64,000 nucleotides of DNA from Desulfomonilia bacterium (lineage in GTDB: Bacteria; Desulfobacterota; Desulfomonilia; UBA1062): positions 64,001 through 128,000 of the forward strand of contig JBEKDT010000010.1 in the NCBI GenBank assembly GCA_050014195.1, given 5' to 3'. Below, piece by piece: positions 1-10,909 of the stretch. The notes under the pieces were generated by a model, which did no database searches, had not been told where the DNA came from, and saw only the letters and a list, made by a program, of their open reading frames with translations. A program made the position numbers and the translations under genes. Each line of letters starts with the position of its first letter. The stretch's first letter is position 1.

Positions 1-559
1 CTATGAGATAGCTGTATATAATAGGAAGTTCTCACTGGCAAGCAGCTTCGGAGGGTTCATCCAGGCAAATATAGAAGTGAATCAGGATCTTGTGGCATAT
101 GTCCTTGATTGTGCAAAAGGTTCCCATAGGCTGCTTGACTTGTATAGTGGGTCCGGTAACTTCGGCATTCCCCTGTCGTCTCATGCTGATGAGGTTCTCG
201 CAGTAGAACAAGATCCTGACCTGGTAAAGGCAGGAGCTGCTATTGTCCGGAAGAACGGATGTAGAAACATACGATTTTTAAATGAAGAGGCTGCGATAAC
301 CTTAAGATGGCTTGAACAGGAAGGAGTTACATTTGATGTCGTTGTCCTTGATCCTCCCAGAGAAGGGGCATGGGATGTCGTCCAGGTACTGTCAAAGATG
401 AAAATAGGTCGGATTGTGTATATATCCTGCAATCCATCAACATTAGCGAGGGATATTGCTGTCCTGATTCAAGAGGGATTCAGATTAAAGTCTATACGTT
501 TTTTTGATATGTTCCCCCAGACCTATCATATCGAATCGGTTTCAGTCCTTGAACGGTGA
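1..559 (+). CDS. rlmD: 23S rRNA (uracil-C5)-methyltransferase RlmD/TrmA family, 5'-truncated by window edge
   Basis: LDLYSGSGNF SAM motif, VVLDPPREG, YISCNPSTLARD, DMFPQTYHIE. Confidence 0.9.
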   Translation, partial: YEIAVYNRKFSLASSFGGFIQANIEVNQDLVAYVLDCAKGSHRLLDLYSGSGNFGIPLSSHADEVLAVEQDPDLVKAGAAIVRKNGCRNIRFLNEEAAITLRWLEQEGVTFDVVVLDPPREGAWDVVQVLSKMKIGRIVYISCNPSTLARDIAVLIQEGFRLKSIRFFDMFPQTYHIESVSVLER

Positions 560-638
560 TACATTCAGGTCTCAATAGTATAAAGGCAAAATGGTTTTTT
601 AAGCTAGACAAAGGATTACACAGGCTTGTATATGGTGC

Positions 639-1490
639 TTGATGATCGCAGGGGTCATATGCAAAGAGGATAACCCAGAAGCCCTTGCCCTTTCCGAGCG
701 GGTTGTCCGCTGGATGCAGGACAAAGGATTGGCCTGCCTTATTGAAAACCACATCGCTGATTATCTTAGGGTAAATCACACCGACAATGTGTGGACGCAT
801 TCCGAAATCCTTGTTGCCATAGGCGGTGACGGGACTTTTCTTAGGGCCATTCGTATGGCTGCCCCCAGGGAGATACCTGTTCTCGGCATCCATATGGGGT
901 ACCTCGGGTTTCTTACCGAAGTTACAGAAAACGAGGTTTTCCAAGCCCTTGATGCCCTGAAAAATGGCCAGTACATCAGGGATGAGCGTACTATGTTCGA
1001 AGTTACACTCATGAGGGCTGATGAAACAATCGCATCACAGCATGTACTTAACGATGTTGTCATCAACAAGGGTGCCCTGGCGCGCATCATCGATATTGAG
1101 GTATGGACCGACTCTACTTTCATCACCTGTTATCGGGCCGATGGTCTCATTATATCCACTCCTACCGGATCAACCGCATACGGCCTTGCCGCGGGTGGGC
1201 CCATTGTGCATCCCCAGGTAAGCGCCATCATTCTTAATCCCATATGCCCGCATGTGCTCTCCAATAGGAGCCTGGTGCTCCCTGATTTCCAGGAGGTGAT
1301 TATTGTAGTGAAGTCCGGCAAGGCCTCGGACAATATTTATCTCACACTCGACGGACAGAAAGGACACCCGCTCCAGGCAGGAGACCGTCTTCTTGTCAAG
1401 CGGGGTTCCAGGAAGGCTGTCATGTTGAGATTCCCGCAGAGTAATTATTTCGAGATTTTAAGAAACAAGCTTAAGTGGCAAGAGAGATGA
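639..1490 (+). CDS. nadK: NAD+ kinase
   Basis: GGDGT, LND, ADGLIISTPTGSTAY, PICPH motifs; precedes recN. Confidence 0.95.
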   Translation: MMIAGVICKEDNPEALALSERVVRWMQDKGLACLIENHIADYLRVNHTDNVWTHSEILVAIGGDGTFLRAIRMAAPREIPVLGIHMGYLGFLTEVTENEVFQALDALKNGQYIRDERTMFEVTLMRADETIASQHVLNDVVINKGALARIIDIEVWTDSTFITCYRADGLIISTPTGSTAYGLAAGGPIVHPQVSAIILNPICPHVLSNRSLVLPDFQEVIIVVKSGKASDNIYLTLDGQKGHPLQAGDRLLVKRGSRKAVMLRFPQSNYFEILRNKLKWQER

Positions 1491-3148
1491 TTGATTTTTT
1501 AAAAATCTCTTCCATGGCTATCTTTGATGAGATCGAAATAGATTTCACCCCGGGGCTCAATTGCATCACCGGCGAGACAGGGGCGGGAAAGTCCCTCATC
1601 CTGGATGCACTCACCCTGCTTATGGGCGCCAGGGCAGGGCGTGAACTGATCCGGCCCGGAAGCGAAAATACCATCATCGAGGCACTGTTTACTGTTGGCG
1701 GCAGGGAGATGGTCTTGCGAAGAGAGATTTATCCGACAGGAAGCAGCCGGTGTTACATCGATGGGAAGTTGACAACTGCTGCCGTGCTTGCTGAAGAGTC
1801 TTCCGGGCTTATTCATATCTATGGCCAACATGAATATCAGGACCTGTTGAACCCAAGGCAGCACATGAGGATACTGGAGGATTATGCAGGGATTAACAGG
1901 GATAAGGTTGAGGCAGCATATAAGGAATATGCCGAAGCAACTCAGATGTACGAAGAGCTCGAAAATCTGCTTGATTCCTTTGTGCAGGAACAGGATTACC
2001 TGAAACATTGTATCAAGGAATTGACTGCAGCCCGCATCGAAGAAGGCCTGGAAGAGAGGCTTGCCCAGGAACTCCAGACTGCGCAAAAGGCCTCTGAACT
2101 CAAGCAAACCGCCTTGGCCGCCCAGGAGATCATCTATACGGGTACCCCCTCAATCACTGACCTTACTGCAGAAGCACGTCATCAAATAAACCGTATTGTG
2201 ACCAATGACCCATCCATGGAGAGGCTGGTGCATTCCATGGACGAGATTATGGCTCAGCTTGAGGACATGCATGTGGAGCTCAGGAGCAGGATAGATGCCT
2301 ATGAACATGACCCACAGCGCATTGAAGACCTCGAAGAACAGCTCAACACCTTGCGTGAGCTTAAGAGGAAGCACCGCGCTGATGAGGGAGGTCTTTTAAG
2401 GTTAGCAAGTGAGATGCAACAGAAGCTCTCCATGCTAGATGAGTCAGGGAACAGTACCTCTGCAGCAAAAATAAAGGTAGAGGAAGCTCTCCAGAAATAC
2501 AATGACACGACAAAATCTTTCCTGGAAAAACGTTGGCGTGCGTCGAACAATCTGAGCAAAAAGATCAACATTAACCTTAAAGACCTCGGTATGCCGGGCA
2601 CTGATTTCAGAGTCAAGCAACTGAAGCTCGATGAAATACATAAGATTTTCCTTGAGCAGGAAGGCAGAGCGGTTTCACCCAATATCCTCCTTAAGGGAGA
2701 GTTCCTTATCTCTACGAATGTCGGCCAAAATATATTACCACTTGCCAAGATTGCATCCGGAGGAGAACTGAGCCGCATTATGCTTGCAATAAAGGCCCAA
2801 CAAAAGTCATCATCTGAGGCCACCATGATCTTTGATGAGATAGATGCAGGCATCAGCGGGCAGACTGCCATTGCCATCGCTCGCAAGCTCAAAGAGATTT
2901 CCGGGCATGCCCAAGCAATCGTGGTTACACACCTTCACCATGTCGCATCAGTGGCGGATTCGCATTTCGTGATCACCAAGACAGTAGAGGGCAGGACCAC
3001 ATCATCTACCCTCCAACGTGTGAGAAGCTCTGACAGGGTCATGGAACTCGCCCGCATGATGGGTGGCGACTCGCCGAGCTCAAGTGTGATAGAGCATGCC
3101 AAGGAGCTTGTCAGGTCGCACGAGGGACGATCGGCCTTGGAACATTAA
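1487..3148 (+). CDS. recN: DNA repair protein RecN
   Basis: Walker A TGETGAGKS, signature SGGELSRIML, FDEIDAGISG; ATG overlaps nadK stop. Confidence 0.95.
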   Translation: MIDFLKISSMAIFDEIEIDFTPGLNCITGETGAGKSLILDALTLLMGARAGRELIRPGSENTIIEALFTVGGREMVLRREIYPTGSSRCYIDGKLTTAAVLAEESSGLIHIYGQHEYQDLLNPRQHMRILEDYAGINRDKVEAAYKEYAEATQMYEELENLLDSFVQEQDYLKHCIKELTAARIEEGLEERLAQELQTAQKASELKQTALAAQEIIYTGTPSITDLTAEARHQINRIVTNDPSMERLVHSMDEIMAQLEDMHVELRSRIDAYEHDPQRIEDLEEQLNTLRELKRKHRADEGGLLRLASEMQQKLSMLDESGNSTSAAKIKVEEALQKYNDTTKSFLEKRWRASNNLSKKININLKDLGMPGTDFRVKQLKLDEIHKIFLEQEGRAVSPNILLKGEFLISTNVGQNILPLAKIASGGELSRIMLAIKAQQKSSSEATMIFDEIDAGISGQTAIAIARKLKEISGHAQAIVVTHLHHVASVADSHFVITKTVEGRTTSSTLQRVRSSDRVMELARMMGGDSPSSSVIEHAKELVRSHEGRSALEH

Positions 3149-3218
3149 AAAGGCTATTTATATTTGACTTTTCAGGTCCCTGGTGTTCTATGTAGGAAAA
3201 TTTATGGGATATTTTAGT

Positions 3219-3677
3219 ATGATACGAAAACCATCCATAGCCGAGGCAACCGAGATAAAAAGTCTCATTGAACCGTTCGTGAAGGAAGGCCTTATCCTCC
3301 CCAGATCGCTCCACTCCGTTTATACTACGATTAGAGATTTTTGGGTAAATACCGTAGAGGAGGAACCCTCAATTATCAATGGTTGCTGCGCACTTCACAT
3401 TTCATGGGCTGATCTTGCTGAAATACGAACCCTTGCGGTAAGGAGAGAATATCAAGGCAGAGGTGATGGTGTCGCCCTGGTGGAGGCCTGTCTCAAGGAA
3501 GCCAGGGACCTTGGGCTGAAGAAGGTGTTCACACTCACCTATGTGCCTGATTTCTTCAAAAAGAACGGATTTTACGAGGTAGACAAGGCAAAACTTCCAA
3601 ACAAGATCTGGGCCGACTGCATTCACTGCCAGTACTTCCCGGACTGCAGAGAGATTGCACTCATTTACGAACTTTAG
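3219..3677 (+). CDS. GNAT N-acetyltransferase (short ArgA-like)
   Basis: AEIRTLAV, YQGRGDG acetyl-CoA motif, C-terminal IWADCxxC; near argJ. Confidence 0.8.
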   Translation: MIRKPSIAEATEIKSLIEPFVKEGLILPRSLHSVYTTIRDFWVNTVEEEPSIINGCCALHISWADLAEIRTLAVRREYQGRGDGVALVEACLKEARDLGLKKVFTLTYVPDFFKKNGFYEVDKAKLPNKIWADCIHCQYFPDCREIALIYEL

Positions 3678-3685
3678 AGGTAAGC

Positions 3686-5011
3686 GTGAAACTAGCCGAG
3701 ACCATGGAAAGGGCAGCCGCCCTTCTCAAACATGAATCAATCAATGACTTTGAGATATTCGGTATCTTTTCTGATGCCATCCGGGCAGAATCGAAACATG
3801 GAGAAGTGGATTTTCTCAACCGTTCGTCCGAGAGCGGCATAAGTATCCGGGTGCTCATAGACAATGCTATCGGGTTCTCCTATGGTAAGGATGCAAATGA
3901 TTCCCTGATCGAGGCAGCCATCACCTCAGCCAGATATCAGTTCAAAGACGGGCATAACCGATTTCCCAGCCCTCGTGGCGGATATCCGAGTGCGGATTCA
4001 TTTGATCATGATATTGCCTCTCTGAGCCCGGAAGGGTGTATACAGAGGGCTATACATCTCGAGCAGTCCGCTCGGGATGCAGACCCGCGAGTGGAGAATG
4101 TCAGGAAGGCCTCATTTTCCAGATCATCCTCTGAGATCCGGATTATCAATTCCTACGGAATACAATCATCTTTTTTTGTAACTTCGATTGCAGCCTCCCT
4201 CATGGTCACGGTAAGACAGGACAGTGATGTGCAATCAGGCTATGATTTTGATTTCAGCCATTTTCTTGAAGGGTTCGATGTCGAGAGGGTGGGTAAGGCC
4301 GCTGTATTGCGAGCATCCGAGATACTAGGGGCGCGTCAGCTCAAGACTACAAAGATACCTGTGCTATTCGACAGAACAAGCACTGCAGAGATGATTGAAT
4401 TCATATCCGATGCATTTCTTGGAGAAAACGTGATCAAGGGCAAGTCAGCCCTCAAGGATAAGCTAGGAAAGAAATGCTTCTCCGATTGTATCAACATCTT
4501 TGACAATCCTTTGGACTCTCGAGCGGCAGACTCATGCCCCTTTGATGGAGAAGGGGTCACCTCCCTAAATACCGCTCTGGTAAAGGCAGGGACTGTTGTA
4601 GCATTTCTCTATGACACTTACTGGGCCTCTCTTGCCGGTACTCAATCCACGGGAAGCTCGGTACGCGGCGGGTACCGGTCATGGCCATCTCTCGGTATCC
4701 GGCACCTCTGTCTGGAGCCTTCCCCCGCGCCGATTTCCACATACCTTGCGGATCTGCCCCTGGTGCTGAAAGTAACCGATATCATGGGCATGCACACAGC
4801 AAATCCAGTCACCGGAGAACTGTCCGTCGGCATCAACGGGGTCCTGCTGGAAAAAGGGAGTCCGGTCTATCCCGTGCGTGAAGCAGCGTTATCGGGTAAT
4901 ATCTATGAAATGTTCTCCAGAGTATTGGCAGTAGGGGACGATCCAAGGAGTTTTGGGCATGTGCTCTGCCCATCAATACTTGTGGATGCACTTGACATAA
5001 GTTCCCAGTGA
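3686..5011 (+). CDS. TldD/PmbA family protein (PmbA-like)
   Basis: PFDGEGV, MGMHTANPVTGELS motifs. Confidence 0.9.
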   Translation: MKLAETMERAAALLKHESINDFEIFGIFSDAIRAESKHGEVDFLNRSSESGISIRVLIDNAIGFSYGKDANDSLIEAAITSARYQFKDGHNRFPSPRGGYPSADSFDHDIASLSPEGCIQRAIHLEQSARDADPRVENVRKASFSRSSSEIRIINSYGIQSSFFVTSIAASLMVTVRQDSDVQSGYDFDFSHFLEGFDVERVGKAAVLRASEILGARQLKTTKIPVLFDRTSTAEMIEFISDAFLGENVIKGKSALKDKLGKKCFSDCINIFDNPLDSRAADSCPFDGEGVTSLNTALVKAGTVVAFLYDTYWASLAGTQSTGSSVRGGYRSWPSLGIRHLCLEPSPAPISTYLADLPLVLKVTDIMGMHTANPVTGELSVGINGVLLEKGSPVYPVREAALSGNIYEMFSRVLAVGDDPRSFGHVLCPSILVDALDISSQ

Positions 5012-5121
5012 GTTGCTGGTATACCACTAGGAAAAAGATATCTGTTGAAATGAAACACCTGCTATTCTATGTATCAAGCCTGAATAAGAATTCTATTAAG
5101 TAGTCACAGGGACCGATTAAC

Positions 5122-7752
5122 ATGTTAGAATGGCTTATTAAGATATTCGGCAGTAAAAATGAGCGCGAGCTTAAGCAGTTAACCCCCCTTATAAATAAAA
5201 TAAACTCCCTTGAAGATGGGATGCATGCCAAGAGTGATTCCGAACTCAAGGCCATGACCCCGTATCTAAAAGAGAAGCTCAATGCCGGTGCGAGCCTCGA
5301 TGATATCCTCCCGGAAGCCTTTGCCGCTGTGCGTGAGGCATCCATCAGGACTCTCAATATGAGACCCTTTGATGTTCAGCTCCTTGGCGGCATTGTACTC
5401 CACGAAGGTAAGATATCGGAGATGAAAACCGGTGAGGGAAAGACCCTCGTGGCTACCATGCCCGTGTATCTGAATGCCCTTGCCGGAAGAGGGGCGCATG
5501 TGGTCACGGTGAATGACTACCTTGCCCGCAGGGACGCTGAGTGGATGGGGGCTATCTATCGCTTTATGGGGATGGAGGTGGGTGTTATAGTCCACGGGCT
5601 GGATGATTCTCAGCGCAAGAAGGGCTATAATGCCGACATCACCTATGGGACAAATAATGAGTTTGGTTTCGACTACCTGCGCGATAACATGAAATTCGCT
5701 TTCGATGACTACGTACAAAGAGATTTCTTCTTTGCAATTGTGGACGAGGTGGACTCCATTCTCATCGATGAGGCGAGAACCCCGCTCATCATCTCAGGTC
5801 CTGCCGAAGAGTCAACATCGAAATACTACGATGCGAATAATGCTATCATCGATCTTATCAGACAAAAGAACGCAGATGAGCTCTATGTCAAGGATGAGAA
5901 AGTCAACAGTATAATCCTTACGGAAGAAGGCATAGAGTTTATACAGAAACGTCTGGGCAAAGCTAATCTCTATGATCCTGGTGAATTCGAGACGGTCCAT
6001 CACCTCAACCAGGCATTAAAGGCACATCTGCTTTTCTCAAGGGATGTGCACTATGTGGTCAAAGACGGCGAAGTGGTCATCGTGGATGAGTTCACCGGAA
6101 GGCTCATGCCGGGCAGGCGCTATTCAGAAGGTCTCCACCAGGCCCTTGAGGCAAAAGAGGGGGTGAAGGTTGCCAATGAGAATCAGACACTTGCCTCCAT
6201 CACCTTCCAGAACTATTTCCGCATGTATGAAAAGCTCGCCGGTATGACAGGCACCGCAGAAACCGAGGCATTAGAATTCAAAAACATCTATGGGCTGGAC
6301 GTCATGGTGATCCCCACAAATATGGACATGATCAGGAAAGATAACTCTGATGTGATCTATAAGACGGAAAAAGAAAAGTACAATGCCGTCATAAGACAAA
6401 TAGCCGAGTGTTATGAAAAGGGTCAACCCGTGTTGGTGGGTACCAGTTCCATTGAGAACTCTGAAAAAGTTTCCAACCTGCTCAAGCGCAAAGGCGTGCC
6501 CCACAATGTCTTGAATGCCAAACAACACGATCGGGAGGCTGAGATCATTGCTCAGGCCGGCAGGAAGGGCGGTGTTACCATAGCTACCAACATGGCGGGT
6601 AGGGGTACCGATATAAAACTCGGAGGCAATCCTGAATACTTAGCAAGACAGCGTCTCAACCCGGACGATGAGGGCTATGGCGATATCTTCAATAAGTTCT
6701 CTGCCCAATGTGAAAAGGAACACCAGGAAGTGGTTGCCCAGGGCGGCCTTTTTATATTGGGAACTGAGAGGCATGAGAGCAGGCGTATTGACAACCAGCT
6801 CAGAGGAAGGTCGGGAAGGCAAGGAGACCCTGGTGAATCGCGGTTTTATCTCAGCCTGGAAGATAACCTCATGCGTATTTTCGGGTCCGAGCGTATTGGT
6901 GTAATCATGGACAAGCTTGGAGTCAAGGACGATGAGCCGATAGAGCATAACCTTATCTCCAAGAGCATAGAGAGCGCCCAGAAAAAGGTTGAGGGCAGAA
7001 ATTTTGAGATCCGCAAGCATCTCCTCGAATATGATGACGTAATGAACAAGCAAAGAGAGGTCGTATACTCACAGCGTCGCAGGATCCTTTCGGAAGAGAA
7101 TCTGAAAGGTCTTGTTGAGGAAATGATTGATGAGGTGTTGGAAGAGGGCATTGAGATCTTCATACCCAGGAAGGGATCGTCAGAACATTGGGACATGGAG
7201 GGGTTAAATAACTGGGTGAAGAACATCTTTGACCTAACACCCAATCTTGGCTCCGCAAAGGGAGTAAACAGAGACGATCTCTATAATTCCATACGAAGCC
7301 TGATTATGGATTACTATAATTTGCGTGAAAAGGAATTCACGCCTGAAGTGATGCGTATGGTGGAGCGTCATTTCCTTTTGTTGACACTTGATACACTGTG
7401 GAAAGACCACCTTTTGTCCATGGACCATCTCAAAGAAGGGATAGGATTACGCGGATATGGGCAGAAGAACCCCCTGAGGGAATACCAGAGGGAAGGTTTT
7501 GATATGTTTGTCTCCACATTATCCCGGGTAAGGGAACTTTCCCTGGAAAGAATTTTCAAAGTTCAGATCCAGCGACAGGAGGATGTGGAAAAAGTCTCTC
7601 AGCGTGAGCGCCGGCAGCGTGTTCAGATGGGCAGGGGGGTCGGCGAAAAGCCATCTACCGTGAAGAGGGGAGGCAAGAAGGTCGGAAGGAACGACCCTTG
7701 TCCCTGTGGATCAGGCAAAAAATATAAGCAATGCTGTGGTGTTGAAGCATGA
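5122..7752 (+). CDS. secA: Preprotein translocase ATPase SecA
   Basis: [23 protein letters not shown]-terminal [18 protein letters not shown]. Confidence 0.99.
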   Translation: MLEWLIKIFGSKNERELKQLTPLINKINSLEDGMHAKSDSELKAMTPYLKEKLNAGASLDDILPEAFAAVREASIRTLNMRPFDVQLLGGIVLHEGKISEMKTGEGKTLVATMPVYLNALAGRGAHVVTVNDYLARRDAEWMGAIYRFMGMEVGVIVHGLDDSQRKKGYNADITYGTNNEFGFDYLRDNMKFAFDDYVQRDFFFAIVDEVDSILIDEARTPLIISGPAEESTSKYYDANNAIIDLIRQKNADELYVKDEKVNSIILTEEGIEFIQKRLGKANLYDPGEFETVHHLNQALKAHLLFSRDVHYVVKDGEVVIVDEFTGRLMPGRRYSEGLHQALEAKEGVKVANENQTLASITFQNYFRMYEKLAGMTGTAETEALEFKNIYGLDVMVIPTNMDMIRKDNSDVIYKTEKEKYNAVIRQIAECYEKGQPVLVGTSSIENSEKVSNLLKRKGVPHNVLNAKQHDREAEIIAQAGRKGGVTIATNMAGRGTDIKLGGNPEYLARQRLNPDDEGYGDIFNKFSAQCEKEHQEVVAQGGLFILGTERHESRRIDNQLRGRSGRQGDPGESRFYLSLEDNLMRIFGSERIGVIMDKLGVKDDEPIEHNLISKSIESAQKKVEGRNFEIRKHLLEYDDVMNKQREVVYSQRRRILSEENLKGLVEEMIDEVLEEGIEIFIPRKGSSEHWDMEGLNNWVKNIFDLTPNLGSAKGVNRDDLYNSIRSLIMDYYNLREKEFTPEVMRMVERHFLLLTLDTLWKDHLLSMDHLKEGIGLRGYGQKNPLREYQREGFDMFVSTLSRVRELSLERIFKVQIQRQEDVEKVSQRERRQRVQMGRGVGEKPSTVKRGGKKVGRNDPCPCGSGKKYKQCCGVEA

Positions 7753-8897
7753 TCCCTAAGGGATTCACCTTCGCGGCAATAAGTGCTGGAATCAAGACGC
7801 CTGCTTTTACAGGACTCGATCTAGGGCTCATCAGCTGTTCAACCCTGGCTGTTGTTTCAGGTGTATTTACACAAAATATAGTTAAGGCGGCTCCTGTCAT
7901 CATCGGAATGGATCAGGCGAGGAGAGGGAATGCCAGGGCTGTCATCGCCAATGCAGGGAATGCAAATGCATGTACCGGCCAGCAGGGGTTGGACGATGCA
8001 CGTGCAATGATGGCAGCAGTAGCTTCTCGACTTGGGGTCATGGCTGACGAGGTGATTCCGATGTCCACCGGCACTATAGGCGTTATGATGCCAGTAGACA
8101 GGATTCTTCCCAGGATTCCTCAACTCGTGCAGGGTTTATCCTATGACGCAGATTGTTTTGCACGTTCTATTATGACGACCGATACATTCCCTAAAATTGT
8201 TTCAAAGCGGGCAGGGGAGGCCTGTGTATTGGGGTTTGCCAAAGGGGCAGGTATGATTGCACCGAATATGGCAACTACCTTGGCCGTGGTACTTACCGAT
8301 GCAATGATCGACAAGCATCAACTTGATAATATTATATATTCTGTCATAAATGAGACCTTCAACGCTATAACTATTGACGGTGATATGTCCACCAACGACA
8401 CCTTGATCGCACTGGCATCTGGTCTTGCACATGCTGATTTTGATAAGATCAGGCATGCAATTACTGAAGTGATAAAAGAACTGGCACTTATGATTGTGCG
8501 GGACGGCGAAGGCGCGACAAAATTCGTCACCATTATGGTGTCAGGGACAAACAATGATAACGATGCAAGGACCATAGCCATGACAGTAGCGAATTCTTTG
8601 CTCGTAAAGACTGCCCTTTTCGGCGCCGATCCAAACTGGGGACGTATCGTAGCAGCAGTAGGTTATTCTGGGGTTCCTGTAAGCCCGGAAAGAATATCAG
8701 TTCAAATACAGGGACTTAAAGTTGTAGATGATTGTGTACAGACCCCCGATTATACTGAAGAAGCCCTTCATCGCGCACTCGATGATAAAGAAATTACTAT
8801 TGATATTTCCGTTGGGACGGGCCCTGGTCGCTTCACAGCCTGGACTACTGATCTCTCATACCGCTATGTTGAGATCAATGCCCAGTACAGGACTTAA
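7749..8897 (+). CDS. argJ: Ornithine acetyltransferase ArgJ
   Basis: [38 protein letters not shown]. Confidence 0.97.
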   Translation: MIPKGFTFAAISAGIKTPAFTGLDLGLISCSTLAVVSGVFTQNIVKAAPVIIGMDQARRGNARAVIANAGNANACTGQQGLDDARAMMAAVASRLGVMADEVIPMSTGTIGVMMPVDRILPRIPQLVQGLSYDADCFARSIMTTDTFPKIVSKRAGEACVLGFAKGAGMIAPNMATTLAVVLTDAMIDKHQLDNIIYSVINETFNAITIDGDMSTNDTLIALASGLAHADFDKIRHAITEVIKELALMIVRDGEGATKFVTIMVSGTNNDNDARTIAMTVANSLLVKTALFGADPNWGRIVAAVGYSGVPVSPERISVQIQGLKVVDDCVQTPDYTEEALHRALDDKEITIDISVGTGPGRFTAWTTDLSYRYVEINAQYRT

Positions 8898-9515
8898 AAT
8901 CTGATGATATAGGCCCCTGTAAACCAGTAAAAGATATGAACCTATAAATAAGACCGATAATATATGTTATGTTAAATAAGAGATAGAGATGTTTATCAGT
9001 GCACCCGATTTGATTGACTGACTATAATTAATCGGAAATAAAATTTGGGATTCTTACTTTGCCGACCACTGATCACAAAAAATGAATTACCATTGATGAA
9101 AACTTTGAAAGCGACAAAAGGGGGTAATAGAATCCCCTTGCCTTCCCTAAAATAATGCAATGCAGGGCAAATGGTGAAGGTATCCTTATGGATTGGCTCC
9201 AGGTAATGATTCAAAAGGTATATGAAGTCTGGTCAAGTAATCTAACCGGATTTTCCAGATTATCCCTACCTATGACCAGGTTGATATCCTATATCAGTTA
9301 AATCCGGTTCTCTTCTTACCTAAAGGGTGTTTTCTGATTTTGCTTGTTAATCTCCAAGAACCTCATACCGTTACTGCCGGCTTTGTGCTAAATTATGTCA
9401 AAAAGAAATAGCGACAAGGGGTAATAGGATAAGTAAGCACCTGTACTATTTTTTATTATTAGCCCCCTTCCCCTACGGAAATGCACATATGGGAGAAGGT
9501 TTACTGATGTGATGT

Positions 9516-10694
9516 ATGGAAATATATGACGTGATTATAGTAGGTTGTGGACCTGCCGGTGCTACGGCTGGACACATTTTAGGAAAATTGGGGTTGCATA
9601 CCCTACTCATTGATAAAAGTATATTCCCTCGAAGAAAACTATGCGGCGGAGGATTAACCCATAAGACACTCATGCTCTTGCAAAGGGTATTCAACGAAAA
9701 TGAAATATCTCTCAAAAAAAATGAAATTATTAACTATAAATCATATGATTATGATATTTATTTTAAAGATCAATTGTTGGTTCATGGGATTTCACATTTT
9801 CCTATTTGTTTTGTAGATAGATATGCATATGATTATTACCTGTTGGAAAAAGCGAGGTGCGCCGGTGTTACAGTACTTGAGGGAGAAAAGATAAAAAGCA
9901 TTGATCTAAACAACAACATATTATCGACATTGACAGGGAGGAATTTAAAGGCCCAGTTCATTATTGGCGCTGATGGTGCCCATAGTATTATAAGGAGTAA
10001 ACTGCCCGACAAATATTATCATAAAAACAACTGGGAATACAATCTATCCACAGCATTAGAGATTGTTATTCCTCGTTCAGAGATTCAACAAAACATAGAC
10101 CGCCCGGTCATCCATTTTGGTTACATTGACTGGGGATATTCCTGGATATTCCCCAATAAAGACGCAGTGATAATAGGTATAGGCGGTCTCAACAGGAAGA
10201 ATAGTAAAAGATTTGCTCAGTTATTTCATGAATATATCTCTGCCGTTACTCTATTTTATAAGATTAAAAACATTCAACATATCAAGATCCATGGCCATCC
10301 GGTTCCGAGCGGTAACTATTTGAAAAAGCCGATCTACCATAATGTTATGCTCGTGGGAGACGCTGCCGGGTTTTCAGATCCAATATCCGGAGAAGGTATC
10401 TATCAAGCTCAAAGAAGTGCAGAAATTGCAGCAATGAGCATATACAAATCATTGAAGACTAAAGCATCCCTGGATAAGACATATATAAATTTACTGCAAA
10501 GATATGTATTTCCTGATCTCTTGCATGCCAAAATTTTAAGATGGTTTGTTTTTACCGCTTTCAACAAGCTTGATATCAACCAAATAGGAATAATAATGAA
10601 ATATGGAGAAAAAAGGGCTCTAGACATTATCCATGGCCAGAGAACTTACAAATTCTTACGAAGAATAAATGGGTTACATGAGGGCATAATCTAA
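9516..10694 (+). CDS. Geranylgeranyl reductase family FAD-dependent oxidoreductase
   Basis: GCGPAG FAD motif, PRRKLCGG, GYSWIFP, GDAAGFSDPISGEGI; AT-rich. Confidence 0.85.
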   Translation: MEIYDVIIVGCGPAGATAGHILGKLGLHTLLIDKSIFPRRKLCGGGLTHKTLMLLQRVFNENEISLKKNEIINYKSYDYDIYFKDQLLVHGISHFPICFVDRYAYDYYLLEKARCAGVTVLEGEKIKSIDLNNNILSTLTGRNLKAQFIIGADGAHSIIRSKLPDKYYHKNNWEYNLSTALEIVIPRSEIQQNIDRPVIHFGYIDWGYSWIFPNKDAVIIGIGGLNRKNSKRFAQLFHEYISAVTLFYKIKNIQHIKIHGHPVPSGNYLKKPIYHNVMLVGDAAGFSDPISGEGIYQAQRSAEIAAMSIYKSLKTKASLDKTYINLLQRYVFPDLLHAKILRWFVFTAFNKLDINQIGIIMKYGEKRALDIIHGQRTYKFLRRINGLHEGII

Positions 10695-10909
10695 ATCAAA
10701 CCATCATCACATACAGGCGTGGCCTCACCACCGGCAAGACAGCCCTATCCTTCTGTCCGGCTTTCAAAGGACCTGGGCAAACCTTGTGAACGTAACTCAC
10801 AGCGTTGGCTTCAAGGTGCAAGATAGTGGTTTCGGCAATATAACCGGAGTCTGCATATCGCTTAACCGATTGAATTGCATAGTTAAAATACACAGTAAGG
10901 CAAATCAGA

